Below, one piece after another: positions 25,701 to 37,422 of a stretch of DNA of 64,000 nt. The DNA lies in contig JBHGNT010000010.1 of the NCBI GenBank assembly GCA_043228905.1, forward strand, positions 6,262,001 through 6,326,000, given 5' to 3'. The stretch is from Azolla caroliniana (lineage: Eukaryota > Plantae > Polypodiophyta). The position numbers and the translations under genes are program-made. Numbering within the stretch: position 1 is the first letter of the stretch; every line of letters begins with the position of its first letter. A model generated the notes under the pieces. It saw nothing but the letters and a program-made list of their open reading frames with translations, had not been told where the DNA came from and ran no database searches.

Positions 25701-28311
25701 AACGACACAATGTGCTTCATACAGGACCTGCAGCTGGTCAACAAGGTGACCATTCGAAACACAGGTATCAGACCGACCATTGATGAGTTCGCGGAGGCCT
25801 TCCCAGGGAGGTCAATCTACTCAGTCGGGGATCTGTACTCAAGGTATGATTAGTTCCAACTAGCCGTAGAGGGCAGGGATGTCACGACGATGCGGACTCC
25901 TCTCGGCCTAGTTCAGATGTGTACCCTACCGCAAGGGGGAACTAACTCGGTGGTGCACATGGTGAATGCGATGAACAAGGTGTTGAGGGACTGCATCCCG
26001 ATCAAAGGATGTCTGGTGGAGGCCAAGGACGAGTCGATCGGGCTCGACGGTTGCCGGAGGTTCGTGACGGATCACATCCGTGATTGCGAGAAGGTGCTGC
26101 AAAGACTCGGGAGAGTGCGGCTCACCTTCTCTGGAGAAAAATCAGCCTTCGGACAACTGGAGATCCTGGTAGTCGGACACCTGTGCGGGCCTTATGGTTG
26201 GAAGCCATCCCCGGCGAAGGTAGAAGCCATCTCCGCGATGAAGGATGATTGCGGGTCGGTCACGGAGGTCCGAAGGATCCTGGGGGCATGTGCGTTCTAT
26301 CACATCTGGATTCCGCACTACGCACATGTCATGGAACCGCTTTACGGGTTATTAAAGAAAGGCCACCGGTTCGAATGGAGGACGGAGCACACAGAATCGG
26401 TCCGGAGACTGAAGCAGGCGCTCGCCGCGGCACTGGCTCTCCAAAAAGCGGTTTACGGCAAGGAAGTCCCCATTTATGTGATGGTGGACACGAGCCCGAC
26501 TGGGATCGGGTGGGTGATCAATCAGGAAGACGAAGACGGCGTACAGTTCCCGATCCGGTTTGGGGCAAAGGTATTGAGCGAGCAGCAGCGAGGATACACC
26601 CAAATAAAGCGCGAGCTATGGGGTATCGTTTCGGCAGTCAAGGCCGATAAGGACTATCTAATTGGGACGGAAGTGATCATCGAGACGGATTGCCTACCGA
26701 TTCTGGGTATGGTTTCCGGATGTGCGACTCCGGACCTGGCGATGCTCAGGTGGATCGTGTACATCAAGTCCCTGAACCCGGAGATACGACACATCTCCGG
26801 AAAGGATAACGCCATGGTCGATATGCTTTCAAGGGCACGGTTTAGTGACGAGGACGACATGTTTTCGGATAACGAAGAAGTCAACGAGGACTTCTTCGGG
26901 TCAACTAACATGGCAACTAGGACGGGGAGCACTCTAGCACTTAACGAATTCGACGAGGCAAGTACGACGGGGAGTGGTTCCAGATTGGCGGGTTCCTAAA
27001 GACAATGACACCGGACACGGCGTGGACGAAGGAAGAGACCAACCGGATTCGGAAGAAAGCGTACCGATTCTTCATACGGGACAGGAGCATATGGAAGCAC
27101 CCGAAGAAGAGAAACGACATCCCGCTCCGAGTGGTGGCGAAGAAAGAGGAACAGGAAGAATTGCTGACGGCATACCACGAGAGTCCCTGTGCTGGACATC
27201 GCGGGACGTGGGCCACATTCGAGAAGCTAAAAGGGAAGTACTGGTGGCCGGGACTATACCGGGACGTGCATCGGTTCGTGACGACTTGCGAAAACTTTCA
27301 AGTGCACTCCATAGTCCGACATCGGGATGAGCTTCACTCGACCTACCCTCCGACCGTCCACTTCAAGTGGATGGTGGATCTGGTGACGATATTGATGGGG
27401 GTAGGGCAGATGCGGTATCTGGTGCTGGTTCGGGAGGACCTGACGAACCAGGTGGAAGGCCGAGCGTTGCAGAACAAAATGATCATGGTCATGTGCCGAT
27501 TTCTGATCGAAGAAGTTGTATGCCGGTACGGGTGCATAGGTAAGATCGTGGCTGACCACGGAGAATTGGACGCGCAAGAGGCGGAAAGTTGTTTGATCGG
27601 CTAGGGATTAAACTCTCGCTCACCATAGCATACAATTTGGAAGCTAACGGGAAGGTGGAACGCGGACACAGGCTGATCATCAAAGCGTTAGTACGGGTGT
27701 GTGGAGGCCAAGTTGGGAACTAGCCACGACTCTTACCCCATGCGTTGTGGGCGGACTAAACTATGCATAGTTCGGTAACCGGGTTCATCCCGACAGAGCT
27801 AATGTACGGGCAGAAGCCGATCATGCCAACGGAGCAGACAATCTCCTCATGGGCCACGGTGGACTAGAAAGACGAGATGAGCCGGGAGGAGCTATTAGCG
27901 GCACAGATTCGACAGCTGGAGCGAAGACCGGAGGATGTGAACCGAGCCGCGGAGAAGTTATGGTTGGCGAGGGTAAAGAACAAAGGACGGTTCGACCGGA
28001 CTCATCGACTAAGACCAAAGAAGATCGAGGAAGGCGACTGGGTTCTAGTGTATGACAACAGCCTCGACAACCAGCACAGGGCAATGCGGAAGTTTGCAAG
28101 AAGGTGGTTCGAGCCTTATGTGGTGACAAGCGCCAACGACAATGGGACCTACCATCTCACGGAGCTCAAAGGGACAAGGATGGCGGTACCAGTGGCGGGG
28201 AAAAGGATCAAAGCATTCAAAAAGCGGCACAAGGCTGAACCGGACCCGGACGACCTGGATAGTGACAACGACCGACTCGGAACGGATGTCGATCCGAAAG
28301 ATGAAGGATAA
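22776..28311 (+). pseudogene. gag-pol of gypsy C (multiple stops, frameshifts and deletions)
   Basis: CLWCDAVGHARKD knuckle, ALVDHG protease, RT (PYSNRWFTVPKK, LPQGGTNS), RNase H (VDTS, ELWG, ETDC), integrase (H..GHRG..C, VDL). Confidence 0.85.
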
Positions 28312-28429
28312 GCGTGGGCCGGTCTTCTCCGGCAAGAGTCTAATTTTGGCGCATATCGGTGGATGCGCGGTTAGGTGGGGGCGGATGTCGTGGAGAAAAC
28401 CGTCCCTAGGCGGAAACCGGGTATAACGT

Positions 28430-28917
28430 TGTCGTGAAAATTTTCGTCCATAGGCGGAAATCGGGGTGGAATAGGCAAATCGGTGGTGTGCACCATGTGC
28501 ACATGTATACTAGGAAATGGTGTATAGAAATAAGAGGGGAAATTCTATCCCACATTCTAAGGTCCCTCCCTCCTTGGGCTATAAAAGGAAGGGAGGGGTC
28601 ACTTAGGGATCGGCAACGGCTTGGCTCAAGCCTAAACCGTTTGGCTTAGCCGGCTTGGCTCGGCTCGGTTTAGGCTTGAACTTGCCTTAACGGTTTGAGC
28701 TCGGCTCGGCTTGGCTTGAGCCTCGCCAAACCGGCTAAGCCGGATAAACCGTTTAAGTCGTTTATAAATTTTAGAGAGGGGGAGAGAGACAACAGACAAG
28801 GGGAAAGAGAGAGAGAGAGAGTGTGAGGGAGGGAGAACTACATAGACGAGGAGAGAGAGACAGAGGGAGGGAGACAACATATAAGGAGAGAGAGAGAGAG
28901 AGAGAGACTACACAAAC

Positions 28918-28950
<33 letters not shown>

Positions 28951-28958
28951 ACACAAAC

Positions 28959-28997
<39 letters not shown>

Positions 28998-29075
28998 CTA
29001 CATAGAGGGGAGAGAGAGAGAGATAGAGAGACTACACAGAGGGGAGAGAGAGAGAGATAGAGAGACTACACAGAG

Positions 29076-29117
<42 letters not shown>

Positions 29118-29153
29118 CTACATAGAGGAGAGAGAGAGAGAGACTACACAGAG

Positions 29154-29187
<34 letters not shown>

Positions 29188-29998
29188 CTACATAGAGGGG
29201 AGAGAGAGAGAGACTACACAGAGGGAGAGAGAGAGAGAGAGAGAGGAACTACATAGAGGGGAGAGAGAGAGACAGGGAGGGAGAGTCGAGACCATAGACG
29301 TGAGAGAGAGAGAGAGAGAGGAACTACATAGAGGGGAGAGAGAGGGAGAGGGAGAGAGAATCGAGACCACAGACGTGAGAGAGAGTGGGAGGGAGAGCTT
29401 GTACAATGTATAGTATATAGTATATAGTATATAGTGGATCATTTGAGAGAGAGGGAGGTAGGGAGAGAGAGAGAGAGGGAGGTTTCTAAACCGGTTTACA
29501 AGCCGTTTACCAAGCCGGTTCACAAACCGGTTTAGCCTAAACTGGTTTGTGAACCGGCTTGGCTTGGCTCGGCTCAGGTTTGAGATCCTGTAAACGGTTT
29601 TGGCTTAGCCGGTTTGGAGCCAAACCGGCTAAGCCTAAACCGAACCGTTGCCGATCCCTAGGGTCACTTATGAGGGGTTGCCTATTTTGAGGGAGAGAGG
29701 CATACCACTTAGGTTGAGGGTTTCCTATTCGGTTAGGGTTTTCTTCTTGGGTTTTGCTTTAGGGTTTTTCTCATAGTCGTTGGTGTGGCCATGGCGGCCA
29801 CCATTGTAAAGCATTTATGTTTCCTTAAGCTAACTTGTTGAGCATCTTGCCCCATCTATTCTATGTTATTGTCTTATTCTTTCTCACCTCCTCTTGAGCT
29901 AAGTTTCCATTTTGTATCTTATTCTTTCTCCTCTACTCCTTAGTCCAAGACCCCCGTGGTCCTGCCCCTTCCACACGCATGCGCGTAACAACGCGACA
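28430..29998 (+). mobile_element. Solo LTR D of a related gypsy family, inserted in the 3' LTR of C
   Basis: TGTCGTGAAAA...ACGCGACA termini like those of C; 4-bp TSD ACGT (28426-28429 and 29999-30002); TATA box TATAAAAG. Confidence 0.85.
28604..29660. mobile_element. Non-autonomous hAT element (1057 bp) with a GA-microsatellite core
   Basis: Perfect 16-bp TIRs TAGGGATCGGCAACGG / CCGTTGCCGATCCCTA; 8-bp TSD GGGTCACT (28596-28603 and 29661-29668); subterminal AAACCGG/GGCTT repeats. Confidence 0.95.
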
Positions 29999-32900
29999 AC
30001 GTGCGTAAACCGACCCTTACACGTGGGCACAAGTTTTGTTGTATAGTACGTAGGTAGGTACAAGTCGGCTGAGGTGAAATCCTAGGTAGCACGCATTCAT
30101 TAGGGAGAAAATCGAGGCGTATCCCTGTCCGAAAGGACAGGGAATAAACATGATGTAACGGGTGGTAACGGCCTCCCTCCTTGGGCTATAAAAGAGAGGG
30201 AGAGGTATTGTAAAGGGGATCGCGTTTTGTGGAAGACGAAGTGTTGCCGGACTGGAACCGAGCTCTTCTCCTCTGTCTTCTCCATAGTCGTTCTGTGCAG
30301 GTTTTCGGGAAGCTGACTCTGCCCCGCGGAACGCCCAAGTGCTTCCTGTAGAGTCTCCATCTCACATTGTGTGTGTGTGTGTGTGTGTAGGCGTCAAAGC
30401 CTATCACTCGCCGGCTTGCCAGTTGTAACTCCTTGATATATATATACATATACCTTCGTTCTGCCTCCATTGTTCAGAGTTAGTTGAAACTCCTGTGAAT
30501 CTGTGTGTCTGTGCGCGTGTGAAGTACATTGGTAGTTTCCTTCCCCTCTTCTCATTCGGTTATTTCTCGGTCCAAGGCCCCTGTGGTCCTGCCTCATTCT
30601 CCATGCACGCGTGTAACAACGCGACAACGAAGTTTGTTACACGCGTGTGCCGCACTCGTCTGTGCCGGAGTTGGCATCTAGTTTGAGGTTTCGATCGAGA
30701 GGGGTTGCCACAGATTTGCACTCTGTCATCCCAAACTTGTATAATAAGTTGAGAATGTGGTGCCGTTCAGAGATCATAATACCAGTCAGAATCTGAATTA
30801 CTTTGATGCCAAGGAAGTAATGAAGTTCCTTCATGTTCGTCATCTCAAATTTGTTGGAGAGGAGGGATTTCACCTTGTTGATATTGACTAAACTTTCTCC
30901 TCTAATGACCAAATCACCCACGTATAGGATGATGACAATCGAGCTTCTAGAGTCGTTTCGTATGTGGAGGGAGTTGTCAGATTTCGACATTCGAAAGTCA
31001 ATTTGATGAAGATATTGCGTAATCTTTGAATGCCAAGCACGTTGCGCTTGCTTGAGGCCGTAGAGAGGCTTCTTGAGTTGGCATACGGCTTTCGGATGAA
31101 TACTGGATTCGAAGCCGGGTGGTTGTACCATGTACCCCTCCCTCTTCTAATTTGCCTTGAAGAAAGGCGTTCTTGACGTCCATTTGGTAGAGGTGCCACC
31201 CTTTCGTCGCTGTGAGTGCGATCATGGTTCGCATAGTCGTCATCTTTGCTACTGAGGCAAATGTCTCTTCGTAGTCAACTCCATGCATCTGTGCGTATCC
31301 TTTTGCTACAAGTCGAGCTTTGTAGCGGTTTACGGAGCTGTCAACGTTATACTTCACCTTGTAGATCCATCTGTAGCTGATTACTTTCTTGTGCAGTGAG
31401 TGGGGGAGAAGATCCCATGTCTTGCTTTTTGAGAGTGCTTGCATCACCTCATTCATCGCTTCAACCCATCTGGGGTCCTTCGCGGCTTCGGAAAACGTTT
31501 AGAACTGGCTCCCGTACTGTCGCGACCTTCATCATAAAGGCATAATGGTACGCCATATAATCGTTGTAGCCAAATCGGCTTATGGGTTTGTTTTTAACGG
31601 GTGAATCGGTGGAGCTTCTCGTTTGCGGATACTAAGGCTTTCTTTGTTCCATTTGTCCGGATGTCAAGGCCTTCGAACTCACTATTGAGGGAGTGAGTCG
31701 ATTCGTTGCCGTCGAAGTTATCGTCTTCATACCCTGGCATTTTTGCCTTCCCTTTGTCTAGCTTCAGACTCAGCCGAGATGTGCTTTGATCTCTCGGAGG
31801 CTCTTGTGGCCCACTAAGCCTTGTCGTAATAGGGCTTTCTTCAAACATGCGCATGAGCCGATCTTCCGCTTCTATCTCTATTTCGACGGATTCCGGGTCG
31901 AGTGGAATCGGAGTCGAAGTTGTCTCTAGTGCGTACCAGGATGCGGACTCGTTGAAAACGACGTCTTGACTTACTCGAGCTTTTCAAGTTCAGGGGTTAT
32001 AGCACTTGTACCCCTTTTGCTCAAGTGAGTATCCTACGAGGATACATTTCTCTGACTTTGGGTCGAGCTTTTGTCGCTTCTCGTCGGGGATGTGCACGTA
32101 TGTAATGGAGCCGAATATCCGAACATGTGATAGGTCTGGCTTCTTTTTGAAAAACTTCTCGTGCAGAGTAAGTTCGTGCACACCCGATGTCGTACACCGA
32201 TTCATGAGGTATACGGCCATGTTAGCCGCTTTTGCCCATTACGACTTCAGTAGGTGATTTTCGTTCATCATGGCCCGTGCTACTTCAAGGATGTGCCGAT
32301 TCTTTCGTTCGATGATTCCGTTTTGTTGTGGCGTGTGTCGACACGAAAACTCTTGCCGAATTCCTTCTTTCCGTAGAAAAGCCGAAAATTCATCGGAGAA
32401 GTACTCCTTGCTTCCATTCGACCGAAGACATCGTACATGTCGGCCCGTGGCTTTCTCGACTTCATTCTTAAATATTTGGAAGTGTCCGAACACTTCCCTC
32501 TTTTGCCACATGGGGTAGATCCAGATGTGCCTGTAGAAGTCGTCAATGAAGGCCATGTAGTATCGGCATCTGCCAAATGTAGCCATCTAAGCCGGACCCC
32601 AATCATTGGAATGAATTATTTCAAGTACGCCTTTGCTCACGTTCCGCTCCGTCGGAAATGGGTGCCGATGGCCGACGGAGACCAAATTCTTCGTAATGGT
32701 TGGTACATGCAAGACATAATTTCTTAATAAAATTTTGGTTACCTTCTTTGTTGAATGGGACATTGCCGATGTGTCGAATCGGATGCGTAGTGTCGTCTCC
32801 GGTTTCGACATACCCAGGTCGGTCCGGCTCTCAAAGTTCTCGGAACCATTCTTGATGAGATGTCATATGGTTCGAGGCACCGGAGTCAACGAATCATACG

Positions 32901-35900
32901 TCTTCCAAACTGGATGTGTTGTTCGAAGTAGAAGCCATCATAGAATTTGCTCTATGTCTCATCACGAACATTCCACCATGATCGTCATAGTCGGAGTTGG
33001 TGGCGTAATTAGTGATTTGTCGGCTTGTGGAAGCTGACTCGCACATATTCTTACGACACTATTCTTCGTGGTGACCGATTTTTCCGCAATATCCGCATTC
33101 GACCGAGTTTTGTTGGCTCGAACCGTAACGGAAGCTCCCCCTTCTTGCGAAGGTTCCTCGATGGCTTCCGTCTTGATGTCGAAATTGCGAGTTGTTTTCG
33201 TAAGTCGGGCCTCATTCACCTCGTCCTTGGCCGAATTGGCCTCTTCTTGCACGACCTCGTCCTCTTCCTCCGTCCGAGTGTGAATAAAGCATGTGGTCTT
33301 CCGAGACGTTGCTCCTTGTTCGAACATGGTTTTCTTCGACCAACAACATGGATTGAAGATCGAAGAAGGAGGATGGATTCTCCCGTGCTAATACAACGGT
33401 CCTCATTGTGCCGAACCGTGGTGCAAGGCTGCTGAGGCATATTTGCACCATCTCATCATCGTCCACATTGACGTTTATCGAGCCGAGCGAGTCGCAAAGC
33501 TCCTTGATCTTCAAGATGTAGCTCGTGATGGACATATCCCTTTGTTGGATGTTGTTCAACTCTTGGCGGAGTTGAAACTTTCTCGCGGTTGTGTTGGCGG
33601 AGAAAATCTTTCATAGATTCTCCCACGCTTCCTTTGGCGTCTCGGCTTCTCGAATGTACCCGAGCATGTGGTCGTGAACACATGTTGCCAAGCAATACAT
33701 CACTCGGCTTGCCGCTTGCTCCCATGTTGCGTAGTCGGCATCTTTCGGGTCGGGTCGATTTTCTTGTGCTCCTTTGATGTAGCTCCAATTGCCTAAGTTG
33801 GCTGACAAGGTATTGGTGCATCTTGTACTCCCAAGATGCAAAGTTGTTTCGATCCAAATTCTCGCTAGGGAGAGCACTCCCCATTTGAGTATTCATTGTC
33901 AATGAAGCTTTCTTTCTTCTTTTCCTTCTCTCTCGAACACGAGCTATGTAGTCGCACTTCAATAGGGATGAGCTGGTTCTTCTTGAACGTTGGCGTAGAA
34001 CACAACACACGGATGGGCTAGATCGAGCTACCAAACCGCTCTGATACCATGTAAAGAATCAAGTCTTATTCTTGTGTAGTGGAAGAGATGTGTGTTATGT
34101 GTATGTGTGAGAGGAATTAGAGGAGAGAAGAGAGAACACAAGACAGATAGATAGAAAAAGGAATACTCAAGAAGAAGGTGTATATTTACAAATAGAATAG
34201 CAAATACAAAATGTAGCATTACAAGGAAACACAACAAACTTAGTATGAAGTATGAGGAGGGTGCTTTATATATAGTCACCCTCTCTCTTCATTAACTAAC
34301 TATAACAACCACTCTCTCTTGGGGAATGTGAAGACTCATAGTCATGGAGAATATGTAACTCATTAGTTATGTGTCATAGAATATGATTCTATGACACATA
34401 GTTAATGTGTAGAGAGTAGTGGTGTGACTCTTGACCTTTGAGTAATCATAGATTCTCAAAAGGTGTTTTCACACGTTGCACTATGTTGAGCTTGATTGTC
34501 AACATTAGGTTATCTTCGAATGTCATGCTCTCAGTGCCTGCTTGAGACCGTAGAGAGGCTTCTTGAGTCGGCAAACAATAGTCAGATTCATACCTAACAC
34601 AAATTCGGGTGGTTGCACCATGTACATGTGCGAAAATAACGCTCGGCCACAATCGAGTAATCAACAAGGAATAGAAGAGAACAAACTAAAACTGAGATGA
34701 CACATGATGTTTACGTGGAAAACCCTAAACGGGAAAAACCACGGGAGCCCACGGACTCCAACCATCACTATGAGAGGAGGAATACAAAGTGAGACTTAGA
34801 GGCAACGACCTCGAGCTCTATGTCTTTGCCAATGGCAGTTACAGACAGAAAACTAATTCTATATGTTTCTCTCTCTCACTCACTCTCTATATACAACAAT
34901 ATACAACATCTATAACTAATATGATTGCCCTAAGTCATATTTATACTTATATGAAATTTTGGGCTATTTACAAATATAACCTCAATAGGCTAACCATGAA
35001 ACATATTTACACATATGTCCTTTGATCTGGTTTGCACCGAATGCATCCGGATTCACTGGATCCGGTTTCCGAGTCTCATCCAGAACCCTTCCGGATCCGG
35101 TTCCTTCATCCGACTCGTCTGATCCGGCTCCTCCGGTTCTCATCCAGATCCCATCCGGAGGGACTGAATTCCTAACAAACTCCCCCTTCACTCCGGCATG
35201 GGATTTCTCGTTAATCCGATCCGTTTCTGGCATGTGTCCAGTTTGTCAGTTGACAACACCTTTCGTCAGCATATCTAATCCGTTCTCCTTCATGTGGATC
35301 TTCGTTAACATGAAGTCTTGATCTTCTACTCTCTCCCGGATCCAGTGATACTTCCGTTGGATGTGCTTCGTCCGGGAATGGTAGGCCGCATTCTTCACAA
35401 GGTGGATGGCACTTTGACTATTGCAATAGAACCGGAATTCCTCCTGTCGGATCCCTTGCTCTCTGATGAAATTCTTCATTCAGATTATCTCCTTGCCGGC
35501 TTCCACAGTTGCCATATACTCTGCTTCCGTTGTGGACAGAATGGACTTCTACAACCTCGACTGCCATGATACGGCTCCCCCTGCATATGTCATGACATAT
35601 CCGGATGTAGACCGGTTGGTACCTGCATCATTCGGCATATCTGAATTCGTGAATCCATCAAGTTGGGGTTTATTAGAGCCAAACTGGAGGTACATACTCG
35701 AGGTGCCTTTCAGATACCGGAGTATCCACTTCACCGCGTTCTAGTGCTCTCTTCCCGGATTGCTCATGAACTGACACACCACTTTGATTGCATATCCGAT
35801 ATCCGGCCGGGTACACACCATTGCGTACATCAAGCTCCCGATGGCGGAGGCATATGTTATCTTCATCATATCTATCTTCTCTACCTTTGTATTCGGGCTT

Positions 35901-37384
35901 TGCTTTCCAGATAGCTTGCAGTTTGCAGGGAGTGTTGATCCTACCAGTTTTGCATCCGACATGTTGAACCGATGAAGCACCTTTGTCACATACTTTTCTT
36001 GTGACAACCACAATAGCTTCTTCTTTGGGTCCCGGATGATGTGCATCCCTCAAATTTGTCTTGCTGGACCCAAATCTTTCATGGAGAAGGTCCGGTTGAA
36101 GGCCTTCTTCAGCATCCCAATTTTGGTTCGGTCTAGTTTGACGATCAACATGTCATCCACATAAGGTAAGAGTATTAGCAAGTCGCCTCCGTCAAATTTC
36201 TTCACAAACACGTAGTGGTCCACTTGCATCTTGTGGTACCCTTGGTCGGTCATGAAGGAGTAGAACTTCCAGTACCATTGCCAAGGGGCTTGCTTCAATC
36301 CGTATAAGCTCTCCTTCCCTTTCCCCTCAAAACCTTCTAGTTGATGCATGCAGATCTCTTCTTCGAGGTCGCCATGTAGGAATTTCGTCTTGACATCCAG
36401 TTGCTCTACCTCAAGGTCCATGCTTGCCGCTATGCTCAAAACCGTCCGAATGGATGTCATCTTTACTACCAGGGCAAAGATCTCATTGAAATCCACACCT
36501 TTCTTCTACTGGAAACCCTTCACCATGATTTGGGCCTTGTACCTCGGTGGATTTCCGGTGTCTCCCGGTTTCAGCTTGTACACCCACTTATTCCAGAGTG
36601 CCCTCTTTCCTTTTGGCAGTTCCACCAGCTCATATGTGTGGTTCTCATGCAGGGAATCCATTTCGTCCTGAATGGCACTTAACCACTTGCGGTTGTGGGT
36701 GTCTTTCTTTGCTTCTTCGAAGCTTTCCGGCTCCCCCTCATCGGTCAGTAATACGTGCTTTGCATTCGGAAATCTCCGGGGGGCTCTTCTCTCTCTAAGA
36801 GGGTATCTCCGCCTTTGGTCTTCAACTACTGGTTCCTCTGTTTGTTCTTCATCCGAGTTTGATTCAAGGTCTTGTCTGGTTCCGGTGTCCCCTTCTTCTT
36901 CTTCTTCAATCAGTTTGGTTTCTTGTCCGAATCCGGCTGGTTCATCGAGTATCATCCGGCTTCCGGCTAACATTCGGTTTTCAACCAGGTAGGTTCTTGT
37001 GTCCTCAAACCGGTTTTCATTGGATGATCCGGAGTTCTTCACCTTCTTCTCTAACTCCCAATCGGCAATGGTCCTGTCTTCCATGAAGAGTCCTATATCC
37101 CGACTCCGGAACAACTTCTTGTCGACCAGATCCCACACCCTGTAACCGAAGTCATCATCGCCATATCCAAGGAATATGCATGGCTTGGACTTCGGATCCA
37201 ACTTTGCTCTCTTGTCCTTTGCAACATGCACATAGGCGAGACACCCGAACACCTTTAGATAGCGGTAAGATACATCTTTACCGGTCCATACTTTCTGCGG
37301 TGAGTCTCCTTCCAAGGGTGATGAGGGTGATATGTGTAAAGAATCAAGAGATGGATTCTTGTGAAGCGGAATAGATGTGAGTTA

Positions 37385-37422
<38 letters not shown>

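Larger units (their letters stand above)
22005..30626 (+). mobile_element. Ty3/gypsy non-chromovirus element C (possibly Phygy/Selgy-type), nested in B
   Basis: LTRs 22005-22706 and 28386-30626 (the second is interrupted). 18-nt PBS TGGTGAACCCGACGTGAA (22711-22728) is complementary to the tRNA-Trp 3' end. PPT-like tract at 28371-28385. Degenerate gag-PR-RT-RH-INT at 22776-28311. Confidence 0.9.
20861..34504 (-). mobile_element. Copia element B (two LTRs, degenerate), nested in A
   Basis: LTRs 20861-21306 and 34050-34504; TSD TTAGG on both sides; PBS TGGTATCAGAGC (34038-34049); PPT beside 21307. gag/PR/INT/RT at 30650-33897 and RNase H at 21450-22000. Confidence 0.95.

Noticed and set aside
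28770-29480. Repeat-spacer pattern resembling a CRISPR array
   Set aside because: The spacers are simple GA runs inside a hAT element, the context is eukaryotic and there are no cas genes.
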